Below are positions 35,301-46,924 of a stretch of 64,000 bases of DNA, piece after piece; the stretch's first letter is position 1, and each line of letters starts with the position of its first letter. The position numbers and the translations under genes were made by a program. This stretch comes from Dictyostelium purpureum (taxonomy: Eukaryota), in the NCBI RefSeq assembly GCF_000190715.1, contig NW_003519425.1, positions 22,330-86,329 of the forward strand, given 5' to 3'. The notes below the pieces were generated by a model that worked only from the letters and a program-made list of their open reading frames with translations, was not told where the DNA came from and ran no database searches.

Positions 35301-38300
35301 GATCCATTCGAATACGAATTAAACCAACACCAAATCTATTCAGACTTAAAGTGCAAAAATTTCGTTGGCCGTAAAGATGAAATCAATTCACTTTTCAAAT
35401 TCTGTGACATTACACGTCCTTTCCTTTCAAGTCGTGTATCTAAACTCCAATTCAATAAATCAAATACCCTCCTTGTTACCGGTAAACCAGGTTGTGGTAA
35501 ATCAGCTCTTGTCTCATACTTTACCAATAAAGCCTTACCAGAGTTCTACCAAAAGAACAAACAAAGCAAACACATTATCATCTCACACTATATTGGTTCC
35601 ACCAGTGACTCAATCGATATTAGAAAGACCTTAACAATGATTTGTAATCAAACTAACATCAAACTAGGTCTTGGTGAAAACTTTAATGCCAACATAGAGA
35701 TCTCTGAATTAAAGATTACATTTGCACAATTCTTAAAGAAAGCAGCATTAAAAGCCTCACAAAACTCTCAAAAGGTATTATTACTTATCGATGGTCTCGA
35801 TCAATTAGATAAAAAGAACCGTGCCCATACTTTAGATTGGTTACCAATTGCATCACCAATTAAAATCATCATTTCAACTCTTGATGGTGATCATACACTC
35901 AGTGTTCTTCGTCGTAGAAAGACCCCACCAACCGAAATCTCAATTGCTCCAATGGAAATGAAAGATCGTCATTTATTGGTTAAATCCAAATTTGATGACT
36001 TTAGAAAGAAACTCGATGAATCTGCTGGTAATAATCAAATGTCATTACTTTTAAACAAGTCTGATGCCAACAATCCACTTTATTTAGTATTAGCTTGTGA
36101 AGAGCTCCGTTACTTTGGTCAATTCGAAAATCTTACTGACAAGATTAAAGGTTTAGCTCCTACTCTTACCAAACTCTTTGATGACATTTTGGATCGTCTT
36201 GAATCTGAATTTGGAAAACAATTAATCGCTACTATTTTAGGTTCAATCGCTTGCTCCCGTATTCCACTCTTTGAAGATGATTTACTTCAAATCTTAGCCA
36301 GACCCGAAGTTAAAGGTGAAGTACAATTCCCAATTGCATTATGGTCAAGAATCTATCGTGGTATTTCATCATTATTAGTCGAATCATTCGAAGATAAAGA
36401 ATCCAACTCAATCGACAGAGGTTTAGAATTTTTCCACAATCAACTTAAATTAGCCGTATTCAAGAGATACCACTCTCTCAGCGATTCCTCAACTCGTATC
36501 CATAAGTTATTAGCAAACTACTACTTGACAAAAGCAGACCCAGAAGCAGATAAACATTGGAATGGCTCCGAAGCTTTAGCATTCTCTGAATTACCATATC
36601 ATTTAACTAAAGCAAGACTTTTCAATCAATTAGAAGATACCCTTTGCAACATCAAATTTGTTGAAAAGAAATGTAGATTTGGACTTACTTTTGAATTGAT
36701 TTCCGATTACCTCGAAATTACTGGTGATGATTTACCAGAAAAAGAAAAGAACAGTTTAAACGCCCCATCTCGTTTAATTAAAAACAAAGATCTTCTCGAA
36801 CACATTAAAGATTTTTGTGATTTTGTTTCTTCCAACACCCATATTTTATCAAAGTCACCAGAACTTACTTTCCAACAAGCCTACAACCAACCAAATACCT
36901 CCTATTGTCATAAAGTTGCTTCACAAAATATTTTCTCATCCTCAAGCTGGATCGAATGGGTCAATAAACCACAACACAAAGATAATTGTAAACAAACCAT
37001 CACTGGTTTAGAAAATGGTGCTACTGCTGTCGCATATAGTCGTGATGGTAGTTTAATTGCATCTGCTGGTAAAGATTCAATTATTCATATTTATAAAGCA
37101 TCAAATGGTTCTGAAGTTTTAACTTTAGTTGGTCATTCAAACTGGATATCATGCTTCTCGTTCAGTGATGATAACAAGACCTTAGCCTCCTCCTCATGGG
37201 ATGAAACTGTTATCATTTGGGATCTTGTTGTCGGTAATCAAATTCATCAATTCAAAGACCATAAACGTGCTGTTAATTATTTAGAATTCTCACCAACCAA
37301 TAACAACTTATTAATGTCATGTGCATGGGACAGCTCAATTATCATTTTCAATACCTATGATAAAAATATCTTTAGAATCTTTAGATCTGCTCATTCTAAA
37401 CCAGTCAATAGTTGCAGCTGGTCACCAGATGGTTCAATGATTGCTTCATCTGCATGGGATGGCACTGTTAAAATTTGGAACCCACATGATACAATCGCTA
37501 AAAATCGTTTGCTTCATGTTATTGATCAATCTCTTGTTTATGGTTCAATTAAATCATGTAAATTCTCTTCAAATTCTAAACAAATCTATGCCACAACTAT
37601 GAAGAACGATGTTTTGCTATTCGACATACAATCACAAAAATTAGTATCAATTCTTGGTAGTCACTCCAAATCAGTAAACCACTGTGCTTTATCCAAAGAT
37701 GGTAACTATCTTATCACTGGTTCAGATGATGCTACAATTAAAGTATGGTCCTCACAATTAGGTAAAGAACTTTCAAGCCATCATCTTTCAAATGATTTCT
37801 GGGCTAATTGTATGGCATTCCATCCAACTAAACCAATTTTAGCTGTTGGTGCTACCGACTGTACTGTTAGACTCTATGATGTATCAAGTAATACTATATA
37901 TCGTGAAATCGCCAAATTCCATGGTCATACTCGTTCCATTACAAGCATCAGCTTCTCTATTAGTGGTAATTTAATTGCCTCAACATCTGAAGATCTTTCT
38001 ATCAAAGTTTGGAATATCGAGTCACAAAAAGCTGAATATGCTATCGAAAAAGCCCACAATGACCCAATTAACTGTGTAGCATTTAGTCCAAAGAATGAAC
38101 ATCTATTAATCTCATGCTCTGACGATTATAGCACCAAAGTATGGTTAAGAGGAAACCCTGTCGTTACACTCTCAACTGAAGGCTCAACCAATACCATTAA
38201 ACACTGTACCTTCTCGCCAGATGGAAAATACATTGCAACAGTATCCCGTGATTGCACAATCGGACTTTATTTAGCAGAAAGCTATAAACTTTTAAATAGA

Positions 38301-39704
38301 CTCAGAGGTCATACCGATTGGATCAACTTTTGCACTTTCTCACCAGATTCAAAGAAATTAGTCTCTGGTGGCTGGGATTTCAATATTCGTGTATGGAACG
38401 TCAGAACTCAAAAAGAAACCTTATGTCTTAAAGGTCATACTAGCTCCATCGAAAAAGCTTTCTTTACCGCAGATCAAAAGTATATTATCAGTTGCAGCTT
38501 TGATGGCTCTGTTAGAGTTTGGGATTCTGAATTTGGTAGTGAAATTACAACACTCCACCATGCATCTCGTATCAGCGATGTTGTTGATTCAAAGGACAAT
38601 TCTGGTAGAATCTTTTCTTCCTCCGATGATGGTATCATTAAATCATGGTACCCAGTATCTGGTTCATGTTTAGCTACATTTGCTGGTCATTCTGGTGCCG
38701 TTAATATGGTTGATATTAAACCATCAAGCAGTGGCTCAGGTTTTGGTGGTTTCTCCTCATTCTCATCATCAAGCAAATCAGACAGTGCTCAATCCTTGTC
38801 ATTTGCATCTGCCTCAAGCGATGGTACAGTTAAACTTTGGGAATTTAACTCTTCTAAAAATCTTTTATCTGCCCACAAAGGTCCAATCAATAAATGTGTA
38901 TTTTCAAAGTGCGGTAACTATATTGCATCAGCTGGTCAAGACTCTGTATTAAATATTTGGGACTCCACAACCCTTGTAAATCTTAGAACCTTAATTTTAG
39001 ACTCACCAGTTACTGCATGCACTTTTGATCCACAAGGCCTATTATTTATTGGTTTACAAAATGGTACCTTTAATATATATAATAAAACATGGGACTCAGT
39101 TATTCATTCAGGTTTTTCAGAAAGTAAGATTTCATATGCATCATCAAGTGTAGCTAATATTTTTGCATTCTCAACTTGGGAAAATGTAGTTTTCATTGTC
39201 AATTTGGAAACCAAATCCAAAACACCATTAATGGAATTCGAGGATTGGGTAGAGGTTGTAGAATTTTCAAGTAAAGGTAGTGTTTCAGCTGCAGGAACAA
39301 GAACAAAGGATTTAGCAGTTTTTGATCCACAATCAGGAAAACATTCATACAAAAACGCCTCTAGCTATACTACCTCGCTTTCATTCTCACCAAATGAAAC
39401 CCAATTAGCCATAGGTTCATTTGATGGCTCTGTACAACTCTTAAACTCTGAAACAGAAAAATTTGTTAGAATTCTCACCGCCCAAACTTCATCAATTACT
39501 GGTTTAAGATTTTTAGATTCAGACCGTCTCGTTTCAGTATCAAGCGATCGTTCATTAGTAGTATGGAATTTCAAACTCTCTGCCATTGAAAATGAATTCA
39601 TTCATAATTCACCAATCACCTCATTGGATATCCACCAAAATAATATTATCACATCCGATACAAATGGTAATATTTATTTCTTAAAATATCATAAAAAAAA
39701 TTAA
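32342..39704 (+). CDS. tep1: TEP1 homologue (telomerase/vault-associated protein 1) with TROVE, DUF4062-like, NACHT P-loop NTPase and long WD40 array. Three exons: join(32342..32925,33007..33606,33683..39704), about 2,400 aa.
   Basis: N-terminal RGG box then a TROVE-like region (..LIKEPRVNHLTPTLETIMSCVYTLSYYDPEFVLKLILYTRDELGIRTVANYMICLAS.. continuing across both introns). KVFISSTFLDMQGERDMLVKRVFPELR (DUF4062-like). Walker A GKPGCGKS. At least 20 WD40 repeats (GHSNWISCFSFS..WDETVIIWDL etc). Introns GTAAGT..TTTTAG are phase-consistent. Confidence 0.75.
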
Positions 39705-39828
39705 ATTTAATTTTATGATATTGTATCAAATAAAATAAAATAAAATAAAATAAAATAAAATAAAAATAAAATAAATAAAAATTATTTAAAATATAAACCT
39801 AATATTTATTTAAAAAAAAATGAAACAT

Positions 39829-40659
39829 TTATTTAGTTTGAGGTTGATAAGTTTGTGTATAATAATATACTGGTTGTTGTGGTTGTTGTGGTTGTTGGTA
39901 ATTTTGACCTGGATATAAATAAGGTTGTGGGGTATATTGAGCAACTGGATTATTATTTATTAATTTTGGTTGGGAAATATATAATTCTCTTTTTTGTAAA
40001 TCTTTTAATAATAAAAATAATGAAACTAAATAACGAATTCCGAAGATTTGAAGATTTAGTGAAAGCAATCCGCTAATAAATAACCACCATGGATAATCCA
40101 TTGACATTACAACTGCTGATAATATGAAGACTGCTAGAGTACATCCTAAAATAATTACTGCATAAATAGTATACTAAAAAAAAATAAAAAAGTGTTAATA
40201 CTATGAAATTCTTTTAATTTATTTGTATTTTATAATTACATTGATAATTAAAACAATATGTTTTTTAGCAACTGCATATAATCCTAAACTAACACTGAAA
40301 ATATGAGAGATAATTGCAACGGTTGTTAAAATAAAATAACTATTTTTATCACAAACTATATATAGGAATATTCCAATAAATAACTGAGTGAAACAAAGTA
40401 TTTTTCCCCACATTGAATAATATTCCAAATTATCTTTTATTCTGTAATCTACTATTGAATACATTCCCTCGCCAATATCAATTGACGACTCCATTGGGTA
40501 TGATCTTTCTTTAAATAATGGTGAATTTTCATTTAAAAGTGGTGATTCGACATTATTTTCATTTCTTTTACTTTTTTCATCCAATGAATAAGGTTTTGAT
40601 GAATTTACCTCATTTTTTTTATTATTTGGATGATATGATTCTATTCTATCAGTTGTCAT
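39829..40659 (-). CDS. Small membrane protein with a Q/P/Y-rich C-terminal tail. Two exons, approx complement(join(39829..40168,40219..40659)).
   Basis: ATG at complement 40657-40659. Hydrophobic helices FIGIFLYIVC, TTVAIISHIFSVSLGLYAV, WWLFISGLLSL. C-terminal YTPQPYLYPGQNYQQPQQPQQPVYYYTQTYQPQTK. Confidence 0.45.
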
Positions 40660-41789
40660 TATTTTACTCTAAACTATTAATAATTTAATAAAACTATTGT
40701 TTAAAAATTACAAAAATAAATAAATATTATGAATAAAAAAATAATAAAAAAATTTTATTTATTAAAAAAAAAAAAAAAAAGAAATATTTATTAGTTAAAT
40801 TTTTTTTAATTTTAAAATATTAAAAAACTACATATTCACCAATATGTGTGAGGAGAGTGCATTCATGCCACCAGTGGAATAAAGGTGAAAATTATTTATA
40901 AATGAACTTACTTTTTTAAAAAATTAAAACTATTGTTTTTTATTAAAGTTATTGGGTATTAAATAAATCTATTTGGGACGATAACAATTTAATAATTAAA
41001 ATATTATGTATTAATAAAAGTGGTTTATAATTATTATATTAATTATTGTTGGTTTTTTAATACAGATATTATTGATTTTAAAAACACAAGAATTTAAAAA
41101 ATATTTTTATTATTATTATTATAACTTCTGCTGTATTATAATATTCTTTTTTTTTTTATTTATTCTTTCTTCCACAATTTTAATATTTTAAAATTGAAAA
41201 AAAAAAATTTTAATTTAAAATTTTTTATTTTAAAATTAAAATTAAAATAAAAAATAAAATTAAAAAAGATAAAAAAAGAAATTAATTTTAAATCTAAAAT
41301 AATATAAAAAATTTGTGAAGGAATTTTTATTAAAAAAAAACAATTGTAAATATGGTGTGGTGTGGTATTTATTTATAAAACCAATACTTAACCCCTCATA
41401 TTTTTTAGTTTTGGTTGTAAAAATTTTAAATCGGTATAAATTATTAATATTTTAATTTTGAAAATAAATTTAAAAAAAAAGGGTGGGAAAAATGAATTAA
41501 TTCATTAATTTGATCAATTTGGCAAAATCCATTAAAATAAAAAAAAAAAAATAAAAAAATAAAAAAAAGATTTTATTATATCATTTTTTCTTATTTTTTT
41601 ATAACTAATAGTTAGGTGTTTATTTTTATTTTTATTTAATTTTTAATTTTATAAAAAAAAAATTAAAAAAAACGAAAAAAAAAAAAAAAAAAAAAACGAA
41701 AAATTTTTTTTATTTAATTTTTTAAAATTTTGCGACCATTAATTTATTTTATCATTTGTATACAAATAGTATTTATAAATATTGTAATA

Positions 41790-43611
41790 ATGATAGGACT
41801 TTGTAGTTTTAGAAAGGTAATTCAATAAACACACATTATTATCAAACAAAATAGCAAAATTAAAATAACAAAAACACAATCATAACTATACAATCATAAT
41901 TATACTAATTCTTTTTATCATTATCATTATTTTTAAATAGTTTTTTTCGCATTCAATAAAGAGCACAATTAATGTAGCAAAGTATAGTACATTTAGAAAT
42001 ACATTATCAAATAATGCCTCCTTTAATAAAGCAGGACAACAACAAAGAAGATTTCAAGAGGTAGTATTTGGGGGTGCCTTTGAATCTTTTGGTGTCACAA
42101 ATCAAAATAATAAACCACAAATCGATAGAAACCAAACTGTACAGTCCGAGGATAATGAGTATGATACAGGTTTTTTACCACAAATTAAAAAAGAAATCTT
42201 ACCTTTACCAACCGAAAATTCACAAAAAACATTAGAATTCATGGCAGAACATGAAGTATCATTAAAATCAAAACAAGCAATCCTTCCAGACCCAATTATT
42301 ACATTAGATGATGTTCCATTCAACAATAGAACAAAAGCAGAGTTATTAAAAAGATTTGAAGAACCAACACCAGTTCAAAGTTTAGGTTGGCCAATTGCAT
42401 TATCAGGTAGAGATCTTTTAGCAGTTTCAAAAACCGGTTCAGGTAAAACATTATCATTCATCTTACCAGCCATCCAACATATTTTAGAACAACCACGTCA
42501 ATCTGCTTACCATGGACCAAATGTACTTGTTGTAGCACCAACTCGTGAACTTGCATGTCAAATTGCAGAGGAATCACGTGAATTTCTTATTGCCAATAGA
42601 ATTAATAAAGCACTCCTTTATGGTGGTGAACCAAAATCTAGTCAAGCTTATCAAATTAGAAACCAACCAAAGATTATTATTGGTACACCAGGTAGAATTT
42701 TAGATTTCTATGATAGTGGATCACTTCAACTCAAAAATGTTTCATACATGGTCATTGATGAAGCCGATCGTCTTTTAGAAATGGGTTTCGGTGAAGATAT
42801 GGAAAAATTATTCAGTTCAATTCGTCCAGATCGTCAAGTTCTCTATTGGTCTGCTACATGGCCAAAAAAAGTTTCACAATTAGCCGATAAATACATTAAA
42901 GATCCAATCCACCTTCAAATTGGCTCAAGTGCACTCTCAGCAAATAAAAATATAACACAAAATTTTTCAATTGTAGAAAGAGAAGCCGATAAGGTAGAGA
43001 AGCTTTTAGAAACCCTTGAACAAATTTATAACAACAACGAGAATGCCCGTACTCTTATTTTTACAATGACTAAAAAGGGCGCAGAAACTCTTTCAGACTT
43101 TTTGGGTAAAAATGGTGACGTTAGAATTGGCTGTCTTCATGGTGACAAACCTCAACAAACCCGTTCAAATATTGTAAATAGATTCAAAGAAGGTAAATTG
43201 GATATGGTAATTGCAACTGATATCGCATCAAGAGGTTTAGACATTAAACATATTACCGATGTTATTAATTTTTCATTACCACCAAACTGTGAAACCTATG
43301 TTCATCGTATTGGTCGTACTGCTAGAGCCGGTGCCTCTGGTACATCACATTCAATTTTATCAAGAGAATCAATTAACGACGTCGAATTGATTGGTGATTT
43401 AATAGATTTATTAAAACTCTCCGATCAACAAATACCTGAAGACTTTTTAGAATTTAAAAAAAATAATAAAAATAGCTATGGAAACAATAACAGAAGAAAT
43501 AATAATAATAATAATAGAGGCTATGGAAGAAGCAATAACAGAAACAATAACAGAAACAACAATAGAAACAACAATAGAGGCAACAACAATAGAAACAGAA
43601 AAGAATATTAA
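41790..43611 (+). CDS. DEAD-box ATP-dependent RNA helicase with an N-terminal mitochondrial-presequence-like extension. Two exons: join(41790..41816,41941..43611). C-terminal Asn/Arg/Gly-rich tail.
   Basis: Motifs Q (FEEPTPVQ), I (SKTGSGKT), Ia (PTRELA), II (DEAD), III (SAT), VI (HRIGRTARAG). The helicase-core frame runs 5' to a TAG that sits in a ttttaaatag acceptor (41931-41940). Upstream micro-exon ATGATAGGACTTTGTAGTTTTAGAAAG|GTAATT is phase 0. Joined N-terminus MIGLCSFRKFFSHSIKSTINVAKYSTFRNTLSNNASF is basic/hydroxylated with no acidic residues. Confidence 0.7.
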
Positions 43612-44159
43612 AAAATTTAGATTTTTTTTTTTTTAAATTTTTTCAAGTGCATATAAAAATTAAAAGTTATATTTAAATACATACATATGACATTGGCAAT
43701 AAAAATAATAATAATAAATAAAATAGTTAATTAATATATGTCTCTTTAATTTAATAAATGTGTAAATATCTTCGAATACTAATTTGGGGGTAGTATTCTA
43801 TTTTTATTTATTTGTTTTTTTTTTTTTTTTATATTTTAAAAATTAAATCAAAATCATTAATTATTATTTCCTATTTTCTCTCTTTTTAATTATTTTTTTA
43901 ATCTATAACAAAAAATATCTTTTGTATTATATTGAAGTTGTTTATCTTGGATGTATTTTTAGAGCACCCCAAAATTAACAACCCCTAATTCTTTTTAAAA
44001 ACAAAATCAGAAAAAATAATTATCAGAAAAATTTTTTTATTTTTTTTTTTATTTTTTCCAAAATTTTTTAAATTTTTTTTTTTATTTAAAAAGGTGTAAA
44101 TTATTTTTTCATTTATTTAATTATTTTAATATTAGTTTTATTTTAAATTATTTATTTGA

Positions 44160-44300
44160 TATCAATTTCATATTAACACACAAATACAATAACACACACC
44201 ACTCACACTCTAAATATTTTTTTATTTATTTTTTTTTATTGTATTAATATCAAAACACACTCACACATAAAATTAATTATATCCTTAAAATAAACACATA
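44160..44300 (+). promoter_or_regulatory. CA-rich element cluster upstream of the Ras gene.
   Basis: cacacaaatacaataacacacaccactcacactc ... caaaacacactcacacataaaa ... aaacacatatacacaaaatg, 250-400 bp upstream of ATG 44559. Confidence 0.3.
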
Positions 44301-44558
44301 TACACAAAATGTAAGATTTTTGTATTAAAAAAAAATTTTAAAAAAAATTTTAAAAAAAAATTTTAAATTTTTTTTTTTTTTTTTATTTTTTTTAAAATTT
44401 TTTTTTAAAATTTTTTTAAAAAAATCTTTCTCTTTTTTTTTAAATTTTTTATTTTTTGATTGTTTCACATACTAAATTATTTATTTTTATACATAGCCTT
44501 TAGACACAACTCAATATTATTTATTACTTTTTTTAATAAGAACTCTATAAAAAGAAAA

Positions 44559-45532
44559 ATGTCAGTTTCAAACGAATATAAATTAGTTGTTATGGGTGGG
44601 GGGGGTGTTGGGTAATTATTTTTCTTTTTTCTTTTTTCCCTTTTCTTTTTTCTTTTTTCTTTTCTTTTTTTTTTTTTAATGGTAATAAATATAGCAATAT
44701 TTTATTATCAACAATATTAAATAATTGAAAAAAATAAATAAAAGAAATAAAAAATATTTATCAAGAAAACTAACTTTTTTTTTTTTTTTTTTATTAAATT
44801 TATATTTTATAGTAAATCTGCACTTGTAAGTATTTAAAATTATTTAATTTAAATTTATATAGATATAGTATTAATATTGTTTGTATTTTAGACCATTCAA
44901 TTCATACAGAATCATTTTATTGAGGAATACGATCCAACTATCGAAGATTCATATCGTAGACAATGCCAAGTTGATGATGATACATGTCTTTTAGATATTT
45001 TAGATACAGCAGGTCAAGATGATTATAGTGCTATGAGTAAATAATCAAATTATATAAAAATAAAAATAATAGCAATAATAATAATAATAAATAACAATAA
45101 TAATAATAATATTAATAATAATATTAATAATATATTATTTTTATAGGAGACCAATATATGCGTACAGGTCAAGGTTTCCTTTGTGTCTATGATGTCACCA
45201 GTAGAACCTCATTCGAAGAAATTAATGTTGTTAGAGAACAAATTATTAGGGTAAAGGATAACGATAAGGTTCCAATTGTTTTAGTTGGTAACAAGTGCGA
45301 TTTAGAAAATCTTAGAGAAGTTACCCATGGTGAAGGTGAAGAATTAGCCAAATCATTTGGTTGTCCATTTTTAGAAACCTCAGCTAAAAAGAGATTAAAT
45401 GTTGATGAATGTTTCTTTGAAGTTGTTAGAGAAATCAAGAAATCATTAAAAGAACCAGGAAGATCAAAAAAAGATAAAAAAGGAGTCTCAGGTGTTCTCA
45501 AGAAGTTTAAAGGTGACTGTATAATTTTATAA
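44559..45532 (+). CDS. rasB: Ras-family small GTPase, most likely RasB. Four exons: join(44559..44611,44813..44825,44892..45036,45147..45532).
   Basis: [18 protein letters not shown]|KSAL|[36 protein letters not shown]|[34 protein letters not shown]..polybasic..CIIL (CAAX). G1-G5 boxes intact. Exon 2 is a 13-nt micro-exon. All phases are consistent. Confidence 0.75.
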
Positions 45533-46144
45533 ATTATACAAATATTTTATATTTATATAGGTGGGATTTTTTCTAGGTTTTAATATCCTTCCTCGTTCTT
45601 TACTAGTTTTTTCACCAGCAGCTTTTTTTACTAAAAAAAAAATTTGGCCAAAAAATCAAGTCACAGAAAACCCAAAATTAAAAAAAATCCAAAACCCAGA
45701 CAACTTACAAAAAAAAAAAAAAAAAAAAAAATAACTCAATAATAACTGCCAACAACCATTAATACTATAACCATAATAGTAGTCGCGATAGTGCATCGTT
45801 GCTATCAATTGTACAGAACCCCATTTAATAATAATAACAAAAACAATAATAATAATCTTATCATAACAAACACCAAATAAATTGTATTTTTATTTTTTAT
45901 TTTACCACCTTTTTTTTTGCACATAAATCTTGTGTTTTTCAAAAAAAAAAAAAAAACAACAAAAAATTATTTATTAAAATAAAAATTTAAATAAAATATT
46001 GGGATGTACCAAAAATAAAATAAAGATTTAAATTTTAAAATAAAATAAATCAAAACAGTAAAGTTTTGTATAATCATAAGGTATATTAATATTTTAAAGT
46101 ATATACTTTAAAGGATATTTAATTGTTTTTTTAAAATTTAATAA

Positions 46145-46164
46145 TTTTGTTTTGTTTTGTTTTG

Positions 46165-46192
<28 letters not shown>
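46145..46192. repeat. (TTTTG)10 microsatellite.
   Basis: Perfect pentanucleotide repeat in the spacer between the Ras gene and the NATD1-like gene. Confidence 0.9.
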
Positions 46193-46195
<3 letters not shown>

Positions 46196-46239
46196 TTTTT
46201 TTTTAATATTTTTATTGTTTTAAAAATATAGAAAATTAT

Positions 46240-46633
46240 TTATTTCTTTATCATTCTTAAGACATATCTGATGTATTCTGGATTTTTTGGTAACCATCTA
46301 TTTGATAAATATGAACACGAAAGTAAAACTTTTCCATTCCTATTGTGTGTAATATCATTAATTGTTTGGGTACTTAGAACATCAGCTACATTTCTACCTC
46401 TTTGGCTATGTTTATAAAGAAAATTAATATTATTATTATTTTTATAGGGTGTTATTATTATTTTTTTGTTATGTTTTAAAAAATAATTACCTATCTGGTA
46501 CATATGTGTGATAGAGGTCATATTCGTTATTATTATAAATTTTATATTCAATTACAGCTTCTTCGCCATTTGGAAAAACCATTTGATATTTGTTTAATAC
46601 CTCATTGTTAACGACTGGTGGTAATTCTGACAT
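46240..46633 (-). CDS. NATD1/GTLC-like small GNAT-fold protein. Two exons: complement(join(46240..46405,46491..46633)).
   Basis: MSELPPVVNNEVLNKYQMVFPNGEEAVIEYKIYNNNEYDLYHTYVPD-(S)QRGRNVADVLSTQ... resembles the NATD1 pattern 'L.HTEVPD..RGRGIA'. Intron GTAATT..AAACATAG is phase-consistent (309 nt CDS). Confidence 0.5.
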
Positions 46634-46924
46634 TGTTATATTGGCAAATATAGTTTTTTTTTTTTGTTATTTTTAATTAAAAAAAATTTAAAAAATTTAA
46701 AAAATTAAAAAAAAAATATTTTTTAAAAAATAAAAAAATTTAAAACAGATAACCAAAAAAGAAATAATAAAAAAGATATTTTGAAAAGTTAATTTTGAAA
46801 ACGAATATATAGAAAAAATAAATTTTATTTTTTTTTTTATTTTTTTTTTGGACTGTACATTATTACAACCAATATTATTTAATTTAAAATGTTATTTGGT
46901 TGTTATTTTTGTATTTGTTGTTGT

